64,000 bases of DNA from a bacterium (GCA_021849125.1 JAJZTG010000004.1:1025-65024); one strand, 5' to 3'. Shown: positions 27,892 to 38,241, numbered from the stretch's first letter. Numbers and translations are program-made. The notes: generated by a model not told the origin, from the sequence alone.

Positions 27892-29268
27892 ATGCAAACG
27901 CAAGATATTGCGATCAGCTACGTGCCGATCGCGAGCCTCACTCCCGCGCCTTATAACCCCCGCACCTGGACGGCGGAGGCGCTCGAGCAGCTCAAAGAAA
28001 GCCTGCGGCGATTCGGATTCGTCGATCCGGTCGTCGCCAACAAAGCGCCGGGCCGCGAGAACTTGGTGCTCGGCGGGCACATGCGGATCGTCGCGGCAAT
28101 GGAACTCGGCATCGAAAGCGTGCCCGTGGTGTACGTGAATATTCCGGACGAGCAGAAAGAGCGCGAACTCAATCTTCGCCTCAACAAGAACCAGGGCGAG
28201 TTCGATCTCGCGCTCTTGGCAGAATTCGACGAGTCGTTCCTCGAGGAGGTCGGCTTCTCGAGCGAAGAGCTCGATGCGATCTTCGAAGAGGAGAAGGAAG
28301 AAGAACTCTTCGATCTCGAGAAGGAGCTCGAGCGGATCGGAATCGAGGAAGTGAAGGTGCAGAAGGGCGACGTGTACGACCTGGACGGCTCGCGCCTCAT
28401 GTGCGGCGATTCGACGATCGAAGCCGATATGCTCAGACTCATGGGCGATCAGAAAGCGGACATGGTGATGACCGATCCCCCGTACATTCTTGATTACCTC
28501 CACGGCAAGGGGCGGCACGGTTCAGCAACGACCGGCTTCGGCGCGAAACGTAACCGGCGGTATCTCGAGACGGAAAGCCTGCCGGAAAACTTCACCGAAC
28601 TCTGGATGAACGCCGTCGCCAAAGTCCAAGCACCGGATTTCGCCATCATCGTGTACGAGAATTGGAAAAACATCCGGACGATATGGGACGAGATGGCGAA
28701 GCGCTGGAAGGTGCGGAACATGCTGGTGTGGCACCTCCCCAACCGGAACCAGGGCTACGCGGGCAAGCACAAGTTCTTCTCGAAGTACGATATCGCGATG
28801 GTCGGCACGAGCGACGCGGAACGCGAAGCCGACATGGGCGACGAGGACGAGCTCGTGCAGAACGAATACGAGACGGCGCTCTTCGCGATCTCGGGCAGGC
28901 CGCAGTGGGAGTCGTACGAGAAAGGCAAGAAATACTGCCCGACGGATTTCATCGACTTCAACGCGGCCGACGAAAAGTCCTCGGGACAGGCGATCATCTT
29001 CGGCACGAAGCCGGTCGAGATCCTGATTCCGTACATAAAGGTGCTCACCAAGCGCGGCCAGATCGTGCTTGAGCCATTCGGCGGGAGCGGGTCGACGCTC
29101 ATCGCCTCGAACACGATCGGACGCCGCTGCTACATCATGGAAAAATCCACGGTGTACGCGGAAGTCATCCTTAATCGCTGGACCAAATTCTCGGGCAAGA
29201 CGCCCACCAAACTCTATGCGGCAAATAGCGTCGGAGAAGTTGGCCCTGATTCTGGAGCTCAAGTCTAA
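27892..29268 (+). CDS. ParB-N-domain DNA methyltransferase (N6/N4, beta class)
   Basis: PAPYNPR and LGGHMR ParBc motifs, TDPPY, TKPVE, LEPFGGSGST. Confidence 0.9.
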   Translation: MQTQDIAISYVPIASLTPAPYNPRTWTAEALEQLKESLRRFGFVDPVVANKAPGRENLVLGGHMRIVAAMELGIESVPVVYVNIPDEQKERELNLRLNKNQGEFDLALLAEFDESFLEEVGFSSEELDAIFEEEKEEELFDLEKELERIGIEEVKVQKGDVYDLDGSRLMCGDSTIEADMLRLMGDQKADMVMTDPPYILDYLHGKGRHGSATTGFGAKRNRRYLETESLPENFTELWMNAVAKVQAPDFAIIVYENWKNIRTIWDEMAKRWKVRNMLVWHLPNRNQGYAGKHKFFSKYDIAMVGTSDAEREADMGDEDELVQNEYETALFAISGRPQWESYEKGKKYCPTDFIDFNAADEKSSGQAIIFGTKPVEILIPYIKVLTKRGQIVLEPFGGSGSTLIASNTIGRRCYIMEKSTVYAEVILNRWTKFSGKTPTKLYAANSVGEVGPDSGAQV

Positions 29269-29815
29269 CCCGATCGTGCTCGCCGCGTGCCGGAAACTCG
29301 GCATACCGACGAGCACGTATTACCGGTGGCGGGATCAGGACACGCGGTTCAGGAAAGAGGCGGACCGTTCGATCAGGAACGGCCGGAGGATGGTCAGCGA
29401 CATGGCCGAAGTTCATGTGCTTAAGGGCGTGAAGCATGGCGACAAGACTTATGTCATGTGGTGGCTCAAGACGTTCTCTCCCGCCTACAAGAAACAGGAG
29501 AAATCGGTAATCGAGATCCGGCAGAAAGACGCAGTGCCCAAGGCAAAGCCCGAAAAGCCGTCGAAGTGGCTGCAGCCGACTGTCCCCATGACCACTGACG
29601 AAGATCTTGAAAAAGCCGATCCGAAACTGGCCAAGCATCTGGAGAGAGCGGTCCGAGGAATCTTCAGGCGGAGCAAGCGTGAGGAAGCTCTCGAGCGCGC
29701 GCTTCGGAAAGCCAATGTGTCTCAGCAGGAGATTGATGCGCTCTTGCAGCAGGTCGACGAGGAGGAAAAGAAGAACGAAGAGCTGAACGAGATGTTCAGG
29801 AAGAAGAAATCCTGA
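29216..29815 (+). CDS. HTH DNA-binding protein, terminase-small-subunit-like
   Basis: VLAACRKLGIPTSTYYRWR HTH; overlaps the MTase 3' end. Confidence 0.6.
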   Translation: MRQIASEKLALILELKSNPIVLAACRKLGIPTSTYYRWRDQDTRFRKEADRSIRNGRRMVSDMAEVHVLKGVKHGDKTYVMWWLKTFSPAYKKQEKSVIEIRQKDAVPKAKPEKPSKWLQPTVPMTTDEDLEKADPKLAKHLERAVRGIFRRSKREEALERALRKANVSQQEIDALLQQVDEEEKKNEELNEMFRKKKS

Positions 29816-29822
29816 AGATTGC

Positions 29823-30278
29823 CTAAGCGCCGTCCCGGAGCTCGTCGAGCTTCTTCTTGATCTCGTACGGACGCTCGATGTGCGCGAACACGATTTCCTC
29901 TCCCCTGCTACCGGCAGTATTGATCCCGAGCGAGCCGGTCTTGTATATCCAGCTGTCGAGGATCGGCTCCACGACGGTGACGTCCGTTATCTTGGAGTAC
30001 TCGGTGGTGGTCAGGTTGGTCGAGAGGAAACCGCGATGGCATAGGACGCGACGGTCGGTGAATGCGAACGCATTCGCCGCCTTCGCGTATACGCCGTAGT
30101 ACCAGACGGCGATGCCGATTGCGATCAGGCCCCACATCCACGAAAGGAAGAAAACGAACACGCCGAAGAATATGCCGAGTCCCATGCAGACGTACCTGTA
30201 GCGATCGCCGACCGAGAATTCGTACTTCACTTCTTCGTCCTTGTTGAGGACCTTGTCCCAAATATGCTGATGCTTCAT
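29823..30278 (-). CDS. Bacterial PH-domain (bPH_2-like) membrane protein
   Basis: Two TM segments, FAFTDRRV...GFLS...KITDVTV...GSLGINTAG. Confidence 0.8.
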   Translation of the reverse strand: MKHQHIWDKVLNKDEEVKYEFSVGDRYRYVCMGLGIFFGVFVFFLSWMWGLIAIGIAVWYYGVYAKAANAFAFTDRRVLCHRGFLSTNLTTTEYSKITDVTVVEPILDSWIYKTGSLGINTAGSRGEEIVFAHIERPYEIKKKLDELRDGA

Positions 30279-30318
30279 AGGATTACGCGAGTTGGTAATT
30301 CCTGAGAAGCGGGTACAC

Positions 30319-30411
30319 AAAACCCGCCACCAGGAGCCCTTGCGGGCCTATAGGAGTTTCCCCCTATAACGCATCGAACGCCCTGATGACGGGTTTTCTA
30401 GGTTCGATGCG
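30319..30411 (-). ncRNA. Putative pseudoknotted structured RNA with two GNRA hairpins
   Basis: 10-bp and 16-bp crossing helices, GAAA and GCAA tetraloops; G-U pairs only work on the - strand. Confidence 0.55.
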
Positions 30412-30537
30412 ATTTGTGACCATGCCAGCGGCCGGAGCCATTAGTTTAGGTCGTTACTAGCACAGGGCTAGTACTTAAAGAGTAGCTTAGATAAACGGGT
30501 TTGCGAAGAGGTCCACCAACAGCTAGCAAACAGAGAG

Positions 30538-31506
30538 CTATTTTCGACTTTTTAGGCTTTCGTGTGCGCCTACAAGTAATTGGAGAGCAGCAGCCTGGAA
30601 ACGGTGGTCAGTAACTAGCTGAGGAATTTGGATTGCGCGCACAGATTCCGGAAGAGAATAGTTGGCAAAAACCGAAGATTTTTTGCAGCGCATATCATCA
30701 GCGGGCACCACATCAAGCAATGGCCCATACTCCGCCTCGAAAGTTGTGAGCTTCGATTGAAGTGCCTTCTCGAAATCAAGTGGACGTGATTTTATGTATC
30801 GATGGTTTTTAAAGCCGACCCGCGAAGCCAGCTCCATCAAATCTTTTGCTTCCACGCCCTTCCCTAGAGCCTTCCTCATCAATAGACTCTCATTACTAAC
30901 ATGGTCTCGAATGAATGAGTACTGTTCCAATAAATCAATCCTTTTTCGATGGAGTGTTGCAACAATCAAGGATTCTTGAGCATATGCGCGAAAGGTTCCT
31001 CGGTCGTGGTGCTGCAGAAGTCTGAGAATCTCTGAAACCGCACTTTCGAAATTGCCGATTAAAAGATGTCGTTCAAGTCCGTAATAATAAAGAAATACAT
31101 AACTCAGATTTGTTGGCTTAGTGATATCCCTTAACCAGGAGAGATATTGATATCGATGTTTGGGGGAGAGACGAGAATACGATGGGTAATACATCGGTTC
31201 TTTCTCCAGTTCGTCGTTCTCCTCTACGGGCAATTTTGTCCAAATCAAACTAGGTTCTCCAAAAAAATTATGCCCATCATCAACGTGCGTTTCTACCTCA
31301 CCTGACGAAACGGAAATTGTCATCTTAATTGCCATCGGTGAGGCAATTTTCGATACATCTTCAAAAGTAACCCAGAGAAGTGATTTTGTGGGTTCGGGTA
31401 TGACGAACTGCTTTTTGAGAGACGCGGGAGTATGCACAATGAGTCCCGTAGCCGCTTGTTCCTCAACATCGTGTCTAAGGAAGCGAGAAAGATCCATGTT
31501 AGACAC
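30538..31506 (-). CDS. TerB N-terminal domain protein
   Basis: YYPSYSRLSPKHRYQYLSWL and SYVFLYYYGLER. Confidence 0.8.
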   Translation of the reverse strand: MSNMDLSRFLRHDVEEQAATGLIVHTPASLKKQFVIPEPTKSLLWVTFEDVSKIASPMAIKMTISVSSGEVETHVDDGHNFFGEPSLIWTKLPVEENDELEKEPMYYPSYSRLSPKHRYQYLSWLRDITKPTNLSYVFLYYYGLERHLLIGNFESAVSEILRLLQHHDRGTFRAYAQESLIVATLHRKRIDLLEQYSFIRDHVSNESLLMRKALGKGVEAKDLMELASRVGFKNHRYIKSRPLDFEKALQSKLTTFEAEYGPLLDVVPADDMRCKKSSVFANYSLPESVRAIQIPQLVTDHRFQAAALQLLVGAHESLKSRK

Positions 31507-33004
31507 CCACGGCCAGCTGGTAGAGATGCTTCCAAATCACGTACATCGCGAATGTGTCGCGTCCGCAATATATCCTTAGATCTGATGCGATTTGCCTACG
31601 TTCTTCTTCAGGAGCCGTGGGGGATATCATTGACCACCAGGCATCGGAAGCCTGACCGCCTTCATGGATGTTAAGATCTCCGTAATTAAGGTCAGGCGCA
31701 AGCGCGGGAAGCACCTTCTTGATAGAAGTTTTACCTCGAAATTCAGGGTGGACGTAATACTGCTTATGGAATACGTCCTTCAGGTCGTACATCTGTTCAT
31801 TGATCCTTTCCAGAGCCGCCTTGTGATCTGGCAAGCGTGCAGCCATCTCTCTGTTCACACCCTGCTCGAAACTTTTGTTCCAAGAAATAATACTACCCTT
31901 TGCACCGATGCTTCGCACCAACAGATCAGCGAGTGGTTTTGATGGGTCAGATGCGATTTCATGCAGATACTCAACATGTTCCGGTTCGACTGAAGGGTCT
32001 CGAAGAATATGGAGAGAGAATTGAAACGGGATACGACTATATGGGCTATAGCCGTTGAACATGGGAATGGCAGGCGCAAAGGTCTCATAATCTAGGAAAT
32101 AAAGCGGAAAGGTCAACTGCTCCAATTCCTCCCGTATCCTATCGACTTCGATAATTGCCGTTTGCGAGCGATGCACTCGTAGCTGATTCACTTGGATTTC
32201 ACTTAGTTCGATATCAGCCGGAACATCGTTAAGATCGAAAAGTCGCCGCTCGACCATTATTGAGAGTTTCTTCTTACTATTTCCGATACGAGCCAGATCA
32301 TGTATGGAGTACTCCGGCACGTCCGGATTTGAGTATTTGAAGGTTGAGCAATGAGAGCTTCTTCCTGAATAGACACAATCACATCCTTCGGAGGGTTCGT
32401 CTGTTCTTGAAAGATATCCCTTTGCCGCGTCCATCTTTTCTTCAATTTCCGACAAACGGGCGGCTATCTTCTCACTCATGTCCTCCACTAGAAACATCTT
32501 GTCGAGCTCCAAATCTCCGGCGCGCACATATTCTTTGTTGAGATGTATGAGGAAGTATTTGCCAACTTCCACCCTAGCCCGCTTTAGGACGGACGCCTGA
32601 AATGCGAGATCGTCTATGTGGCTTCGATCTGACCCCTCTTCCTTGATCGAATTGGTGCCTTTTATCTCGTAGATATCCCATCGCCTGCTCGTCTCGTCAT
32701 AACCGAGAACATCAACCTTCGTGATAAACCCATCAACAACGAAAGTTGCCTGGAAGATGGCCGAAACCCTTGCGAGCACGAGCCTTTCGGTTTCTCTAAC
32801 TGCCTCGTCCTCGGTAGCAGTTACCTGCACACCTCCTGGGAAAAGATTGCGCGCGTATGTCTCCACTTCGTTTCCCTGCTCGACTAATTGCAACTCGAAT
32901 GGCGAGAGCGAGAACATGTCGAGCAACTCCGGCTTGTGCCGTTTAAGCCAGATATTTTTCGGACACATTAGAAACTCGAGAAAGGTAGTTTTGGAGATCA
33001 TCAT
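31499..33004 (-). CDS. DUF2779 protein (PD-(D/E)xK/Cas4-like N-terminus + RNase H-like domain)
   Basis: ISKTTFL..CPK, FQATF, KVDVL..IYEIKG, CDC..C, FLDYET, PFQFSLH, SIKKVLP, YCGRDT. Confidence 0.82.
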   Translation of the reverse strand: MMISKTTFLEFLMCPKNIWLKRHKPELLDMFSLSPFELQLVEQGNEVETYARNLFPGGVQVTATEDEAVRETERLVLARVSAIFQATFVVDGFITKVDVLGYDETSRRWDIYEIKGTNSIKEEGSDRSHIDDLAFQASVLKRARVEVGKYFLIHLNKEYVRAGDLELDKMFLVEDMSEKIAARLSEIEEKMDAAKGYLSRTDEPSEGCDCVYSGRSSHCSTFKYSNPDVPEYSIHDLARIGNSKKKLSIMVERRLFDLNDVPADIELSEIQVNQLRVHRSQTAIIEVDRIREELEQLTFPLYFLDYETFAPAIPMFNGYSPYSRIPFQFSLHILRDPSVEPEHVEYLHEIASDPSKPLADLLVRSIGAKGSIISWNKSFEQGVNREMAARLPDHKAALERINEQMYDLKDVFHKQYYVHPEFRGKTSIKKVLPALAPDLNYGDLNIHEGGQASDAWWSMISPTAPEEERRQIASDLRIYCGRDTFAMYVIWKHLYQLAVGV

Positions 33005-33014
33005 GGAACGATAC

Positions 33015-36000
33015 CTAAATAACGGGTTTTATTCCTAGTTCTTCCAATTTTCCCCACAAACTATCAAGTGCCCCTTCTTTGTGGCGATAGAACGAACTAC
33101 CTGTGATACGCCAAAATTCCCATCCCGCACGACGCAATTGTCGTTCGCGTACTTGATCTTCTTCCCAATTCTCGAGCGTATGATACTGATCTCCGTCACA
33201 CTCCACCGCAAGACGAGCTTCGGCACCCTGCACGACTAAATCGATACGGTAACCAATTACGGGATATTCCGGCAGGACCTGATATCCCTTATCAAGGATG
33301 AGATTCCCAACCTCATATGAGAATTGTGATGCTCGTCCAGAATCGAATTCTTTCTTAAGTGCTTCCCGACCCGCCTTGAGCTCTTCTTTCTTCGGATCGT
33401 AGTACCAATTGAGGAGCTTGAATCGCCAGTCGTTCTGATTTCTGAATTCTTCCAAGGGAATTGAATGGAAAAGGAATACCTGGTCGCGTGCGCGAGTGGC
33501 AGCCACATTGAAGCGCTGCGCTGCCCCCTTGTCAGTGAGAGGGGCGATGGTGTCATTTGGTTTGTTGGGATCGAGAGCTCGGACCATCGATAGGAGCATT
33601 ACGTCGCGTTCATCGCCTTGAAAGGCGTAAGCGTCTCCGCAGATGATTTTTCGCTCTTCGATCACCTTCTCTCCGATCTTGGGATGCTTCAAAATGAGAT
33701 CCTTGATGTATTTTGCTTGGTCCTCAGCAAGCAAGGAGATAACCCCGAATGTGCAGAGATGACCATCTGGCCGCTTCTGATAATTCGGATCTTCAAGAAG
33801 CTCAACGAGTTTATCGACAATCGCCTTCGCCTCGGGCTCGTTTACCTTGTTGTTTGTATTTTGATATCCACCCCCAATTAAGATAGGCACGAGAGCCGGT
33901 TTAAGAAGACCTTTCGGATTAGGATGCCGAAGCGGCTGAAGCTTGTGGTCATAAATATAATGATTACTAAATTCGATAATATCTGGAACACATCTAAAAT
34001 GTTCATTCAGTTGGATCATGTTAGGAATTCTTATCTTCGCCAGGTCAAAGAGGCTCGAAGTTATCGAGAAATTATCCTTATGAGGGATATCGAAGAGGAA
34101 TCGAGAAATGAGTTCAAAGATCTTTTCTTGATCCTGGAAGATTCCCGCCGGGCTGATCTGGTCAGGGTCACCCACGACAAGCAATTTCTTACCAAGATAA
34201 CCGATAGTAAGACCGCGAATATCGCACTGACTTGCCTCATCGAAGATCACGACATCGAACATGCCGGGAATAGGATCTGAGAACATTTGAGCTACGCGGT
34301 GCAAGGGCATGATCCATACAGGGACCGCATTCTTTGCCTCCTTAAGAGACTGCTGCGCCGAATTGAGCCACTTGTTGGCATATTTGCCGGTTCCCTTTCC
34401 GTACTTCTTCATCGCATCGGACCATGCCATCAGAGCATCGCGCTGACGCTTGGTAACCTTGTCGATTTGGCGCTGCCAGGCAAGCACCGTAACAAGCTCA
34501 GAATTCAGTTCGAATTCTTTCTTGGTCAGACGCTCGAGCTGACCCTGGAGATTGTCGATGTCGTCATGATCGTGAATGCTATTGAGCCACGATTCGAGTC
34601 GAGCGACCTTCCAAGCCACGAGCAAATTGTCCGGACATTCAAATTTCTGCTTCTGATCAGCAAGCTCGATGATCTCTCCGCAAAGTTGAGGAACCTGCTT
34701 CTTAAGCAGTTCGCACAATTCATTGATCCTAATGGCCTTCTCTTTCTTTCCTACAAGTAGATCAAGCTTCTCAGTGCAGCTTTTCCAACCGGAAGAATTA
34801 TGCTTCACAATTGCCTGTGCAAGCTCATCAACAATTGCGTGCTGTGTGCGGAAATTCACAGATGATCGAATGGCTTCTTCCCATTCAGTAAATGACTTCT
34901 CGAGGTTCTTTAGCTCGAAAGCAGCCGCGCGTGACGCAGTAAGTTCGATGGCAGTATCAATATCTTCCTTTTTGATAAATGAGAGATCGGAGAGTTCCTT
35001 TACCTCATTGAAGCAAGCGTCGATGGCTGAGAAATCAGAGCGGTAATTCACCAATCTCTGAAGGCCCGCAACGAATACCTCGAGCTTAACCATATCGAGG
35101 CGATCCATGTCGATTTCAAGCGGATTCTTGAGCGTCGACAGACCTTGTTCGAGAAGCGTCTTGATGTCGCGCTCCGCAGACTCAACAAGTATCGAGTTCC
35201 GCAGGATCTCTACCCTCTCCGGACTGTCTGGCTCGACACCATCCACCTTGTACATTTCAAGAATGCGCTTTGCGTTTCCAGGAAGGAGCATTTTACCGAA
35301 TGTTCCCAACTTGCCCTTTGATGCTTTTGCATATAACGCTTCTATCGCTTCACGGAGATCATGAGGTGAGAGATTCGATTGTCCTGAAATGATGTGACCG
35401 ATTGAGCTGTTCTTACCCTTTGCAACAATCTGAATCTTATCTGAAATCTTTGAAAGAATGGTGGACCACTTTTCGCGCTCATTCTGACTAATAGTGCATG
35501 CGTCGAAGATTTCCTGTTCGTAGTCTTTATTGATTGATCCCAAGACCCTCTTTGCCTTGTTGAGCAATTCCCACAGCTGACCCAGTTTCTCTTGATCAAT
35601 CTTTGCCTTACTGAATGCCTCGTCAGAAGATTTAGATTTTGCGCTGAGATCACGATATGAGGCAAAAGCACTGAGCACCACATCTTCATTTGGAAGGGTT
35701 GAAGGATCAGGCAGATCCTCTTTGTAGAGGGTACGATCTACAGCTTCTACTTCTCGAGCGAGATCGTAGAGCTCCTGCAGATCTTCTTCGGTAAATTCAG
35801 GATCAGCATCGAATGGAACCTTATCGGTGAACCACGCAACAGCTTCGTTATCTTTATTCTTATCAACAAACTTTGCAGCATCGATCGGCTTAATTTCTGC
35901 ACCATCAATAACTAACTTCTCTGATGAATCAGTGAGAATGTACTGCCGGATCTTTGATGCAAGAGTGGCTTTCTCTTCACGAACCTTCTTAAGATCTCTT

Positions 36001-37811
36001 CGAACATTCTCCGCTCGAGCATCGCTGAATTTGGTATCTCTTTCACCCAAATTTGAGCTAATTTCCGCGATCGATTGCTGAAGCACGTCATCGCGCTTCG
36101 CGGTCTGCTGCAATTGAGATACTGCAAGGCTTCTGATGTTTTCAGGAAGCTTGTCACGCAAGACCTCCAGGGCTTTACTGGTTTGAGAAGTCACCAACAC
36201 GCTTTTACCTTCTGCAAGGAAGCGTGAGATCAGGTTTGCAATAGTGTGACTCTTTCCGGTGCCCGGTGGACCTTTTACGACAACACCATAATTTGCGTCG
36301 AGTCGTTCCGCGATTCTTTTCTGTTCATCATTCCAAGGCAATGGGAAAAAGAGCTCTGATTCAGGAATAGAGACATTGCCGCCTGCTGCCCTCTCGCCAG
36401 ATCCATCATGGGCACCTATAGGAGCCTCGTCATATTCACCAACGAGGTCAGCAATGAATTCGGTTGCTTCAACACCATATTGTTCGATATCTTTTCGAAT
36501 AGTGGCCGCGTACTTTGACCACATATCGTTTGTTCGCTTGCGTGCGAAGATCACTGGCGCATTCCAGATGCTTGGATTCTTTGAAGCCGTAGGGGCCGAT
36601 ACGATTTCATCGGTGAATTGATCCTCTCCATCCGGTGAGATGTAGTTGATAAGCGTCTGAGCCTGGCCTTTCAGTGTCTCAAGGTGCCAGAAGTCAAAAG
36701 GGTTGGTATTGATGGTATCTCCCCACGTGATGAGATCCATTTCTGCCGGGTTGTCAGTTTCATAGAGCGCTGAAGTCTCTACAAAATTTCTGAACATGGG
36801 ATCAGGATTGATCTCAATTGTTCGCTTTGAGGCATCGAAATCGAGCGTGAGCGGGCTTAAGAAGATCGGAGTGTAGATCGTACCTACACCTTGATGCTGC
36901 CAGGCCAAAACACCGTGACCCAAAAGGAGTTCATAGTTGTCGCCTTCATTCTTGAGAAGCAATCGGAGTGCGTAAAGCTGATCATAAAGAAGGTTTGCCT
37001 TATAGACTTTCTTCACCTGCTCTGCCCAAGGTTTCCAGTCATTCTCGGTATACCCATTGAGAAGCTTCGCGAGCGCCGGATGATCCACCCAATGATCAGG
37101 CTCATATCTCACACTAATGATTTCTGGTAGCTTGTTTGGCAAAATAGTTACCCAATCCTTCAAGCTTTCAGGAATATCATCTCCTTGCTCGTAATTCTTG
37201 CGGAAGTCTCTGAATTCCTTCTCACGATCCTTGTCATCAGCAAATCGGACCTTGCGATCGATCTTTTCTTTAGCAATCGGTGCTTGCAACGGATTCACTT
37301 CGTCAATCCATTCTTCGAGAAGGCTTGGCAACTCCGGTGCTGCTTTGATGTTTTTCTTTTCTACCTTGAGCCAAGAAGTGGACTGTACACCCTCAGGAGT
37401 TTTTTCAGTATCAAAAGGACGGATGGTTAGGTTCTCGAGATCTGTTGGATAGTCAGCAAGCCACCAAGGGGAAGGTGCTGCACTAGTGGTGCGGAAATCT
37501 CTAATAATTGAATCATCAATTGCGAGAGCTTTCTCCAAATATGTAAAGAGTCGGATGACTTTATTTTGTGCTTCTGCAGAAAGATTGGAGACACGCTTCA
37601 CCCGAGACTCTGTAACCTCAATATCCGTGGGGCTTGAGATCTCAACGACAGACTTCTGATTCTTGAGAATTTCGCGTTGCTGCTTCATGGCTTCCGCTTT
37701 GCATTCAGAACACACCGTGCCCTGTTTGACTTTGTGTTTCTTGCAGACAGTGCATAGAGGTTTGGTTGCCCAATATCGCCTTGCATCAAATTTGCTGCGA
37801 TAGGGCGACAT
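33015..37811 (-). CDS. Large SF1 (DNA2/UPF1-like) helicase with C-terminal Vsr/DUF559-like nuclease
   Basis: GPPGTGKSHT, FDEASQ, GDPDQ, EHFR, FQGDERD, RFNVAATRA, RIDLVV..AVECDG..GW; N-terminal CxxC..CxxC. Confidence 0.88.
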   Translation of the reverse strand: MSPYRSKFDARRYWATKPLCTVCKKHKVKQGTVCSECKAEAMKQQREILKNQKSVVEISSPTDIEVTESRVKRVSNLSAEAQNKVIRLFTYLEKALAIDDSIIRDFRTTSAAPSPWWLADYPTDLENLTIRPFDTEKTPEGVQSTSWLKVEKKNIKAAPELPSLLEEWIDEVNPLQAPIAKEKIDRKVRFADDKDREKEFRDFRKNYEQGDDIPESLKDWVTILPNKLPEIISVRYEPDHWVDHPALAKLLNGYTENDWKPWAEQVKKVYKANLLYDQLYALRLLLKNEGDNYELLLGHGVLAWQHQGVGTIYTPIFLSPLTLDFDASKRTIEINPDPMFRNFVETSALYETDNPAEMDLITWGDTINTNPFDFWHLETLKGQAQTLINYISPDGEDQFTDEIVSAPTASKNPSIWNAPVIFARKRTNDMWSKYAATIRKDIEQYGVEATEFIADLVGEYDEAPIGAHDGSGERAAGGNVSIPESELFFPLPWNDEQKRIAERLDANYGVVVKGPPGTGKSHTIANLISRFLAEGKSVLVTSQTSKALEVLRDKLPENIRSLAVSQLQQTAKRDDVLQQSIAEISSNLGERDTKFSDARAENVRRDLKKVREEKATLASKIRQYILTDSSEKLVIDGAEIKPIDAAKFVDKNKDNEAVAWFTDKVPFDADPEFTEEDLQELYDLAREVEAVDRTLYKEDLPDPSTLPNEDVVLSAFASYRDLSAKSKSSDEAFSKAKIDQEKLGQLWELLNKAKRVLGSINKDYEQEIFDACTISQNEREKWSTILSKISDKIQIVAKGKNSSIGHIISGQSNLSPHDLREAIEALYAKASKGKLGTFGKMLLPGNAKRILEMYKVDGVEPDSPERVEILRNSILVESAERDIKTLLEQGLSTLKNPLEIDMDRLDMVKLEVFVAGLQRLVNYRSDFSAIDACFNEVKELSDLSFIKKEDIDTAIELTASRAAAFELKNLEKSFTEWEEAIRSSVNFRTQHAIVDELAQAIVKHNSSGWKSCTEKLDLLVGKKEKAIRINELCELLKKQVPQLCGEIIELADQKQKFECPDNLLVAWKVARLESWLNSIHDHDDIDNLQGQLERLTKKEFELNSELVTVLAWQRQIDKVTKRQRDALMAWSDAMKKYGKGTGKYANKWLNSAQQSLKEAKNAVPVWIMPLHRVAQMFSDPIPGMFDVVIFDEASQCDIRGLTIGYLGKKLLVVGDPDQISPAGIFQDQEKIFELISRFLFDIPHKDNFSITSSLFDLAKIRIPNMIQLNEHFRCVPDIIEFSNHYIYDHKLQPLRHPNPKGLLKPALVPILIGGGYQNTNNKVNEPEAKAIVDKLVELLEDPNYQKRPDGHLCTFGVISLLAEDQAKYIKDLILKHPKIGEKVIEERKIICGDAYAFQGDERDVMLLSMVRALDPNKPNDTIAPLTDKGAAQRFNVAATRARDQVFLFHSIPLEEFRNQNDWRFKLLNWYYDPKKEELKAGREALKKEFDSGRASQFSYEVGNLILDKGYQVLPEYPVIGYRIDLVVQGAEARLAVECDGDQYHTLENWEEDQVRERQLRRAGWEFWRITGSSFYRHKEGALDSLWGKLEELGIKPVI

Positions 37812-37815
37812 ATCA

Positions 37816-38136
37816 TTATTTAACTATATCTTGACCCAAAGGCCCCTCAATAAGCTTGATTGTTTCTTTTACGAACTCCTCCCACGTATACGAACCCTTA
37901 TACCAAAGGAGGACGGCATCCGTTCTATGTTTTAAGAGTTTGAGGAACTTCTGCCAAGTAAAACCATTGGGTTTTAATGCGTCTTTCCACTCCCTCCACA
38001 GATATTGAGGCAGCTTATTCCCGTACCAGACATTTAAGGAATCCCAATTTATTCGGCCTGACTTATCAGTCATACCTTCAATCTTTCGAATCCACTCTTT
38101 TACCTCTATGGGCTCTTTGGGCACTGATAATTTCAT
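37816..38136 (-). CDS. Small Trp/Lys-rich hypothetical protein (106 aa)
   Basis: Start MKLSVPKE 6 nt after TATACT; stop 4 nt before helicase start. Confidence 0.65.
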   Translation of the reverse strand: MKLSVPKEPIEVKEWIRKIEGMTDKSGRINWDSLNVWYGNKLPQYLWREWKDALKPNGFTWQKFLKLLKHRTDAVLLWYKGSYTWEEFVKETIKLIEGPLGQDIVK

Positions 38137-38241
38137 ACCCCAAGTATATAGGGCATCAAGGAAATTGCAAAGTCTGCCTAGACTCCCTGCGCGGATTGCG
38201 TCATCCCTTGGGGTGTGCGAATTATCAAGTAAACAACGGAC

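Noticed and set aside
30416-30439. Resemblance to the HDV ribozyme 5' end (GGCCGcuGGCAUGGUC)
   Set aside because: The downstream P1/P3/P1.1 pairings could not be built; short chance similarity.
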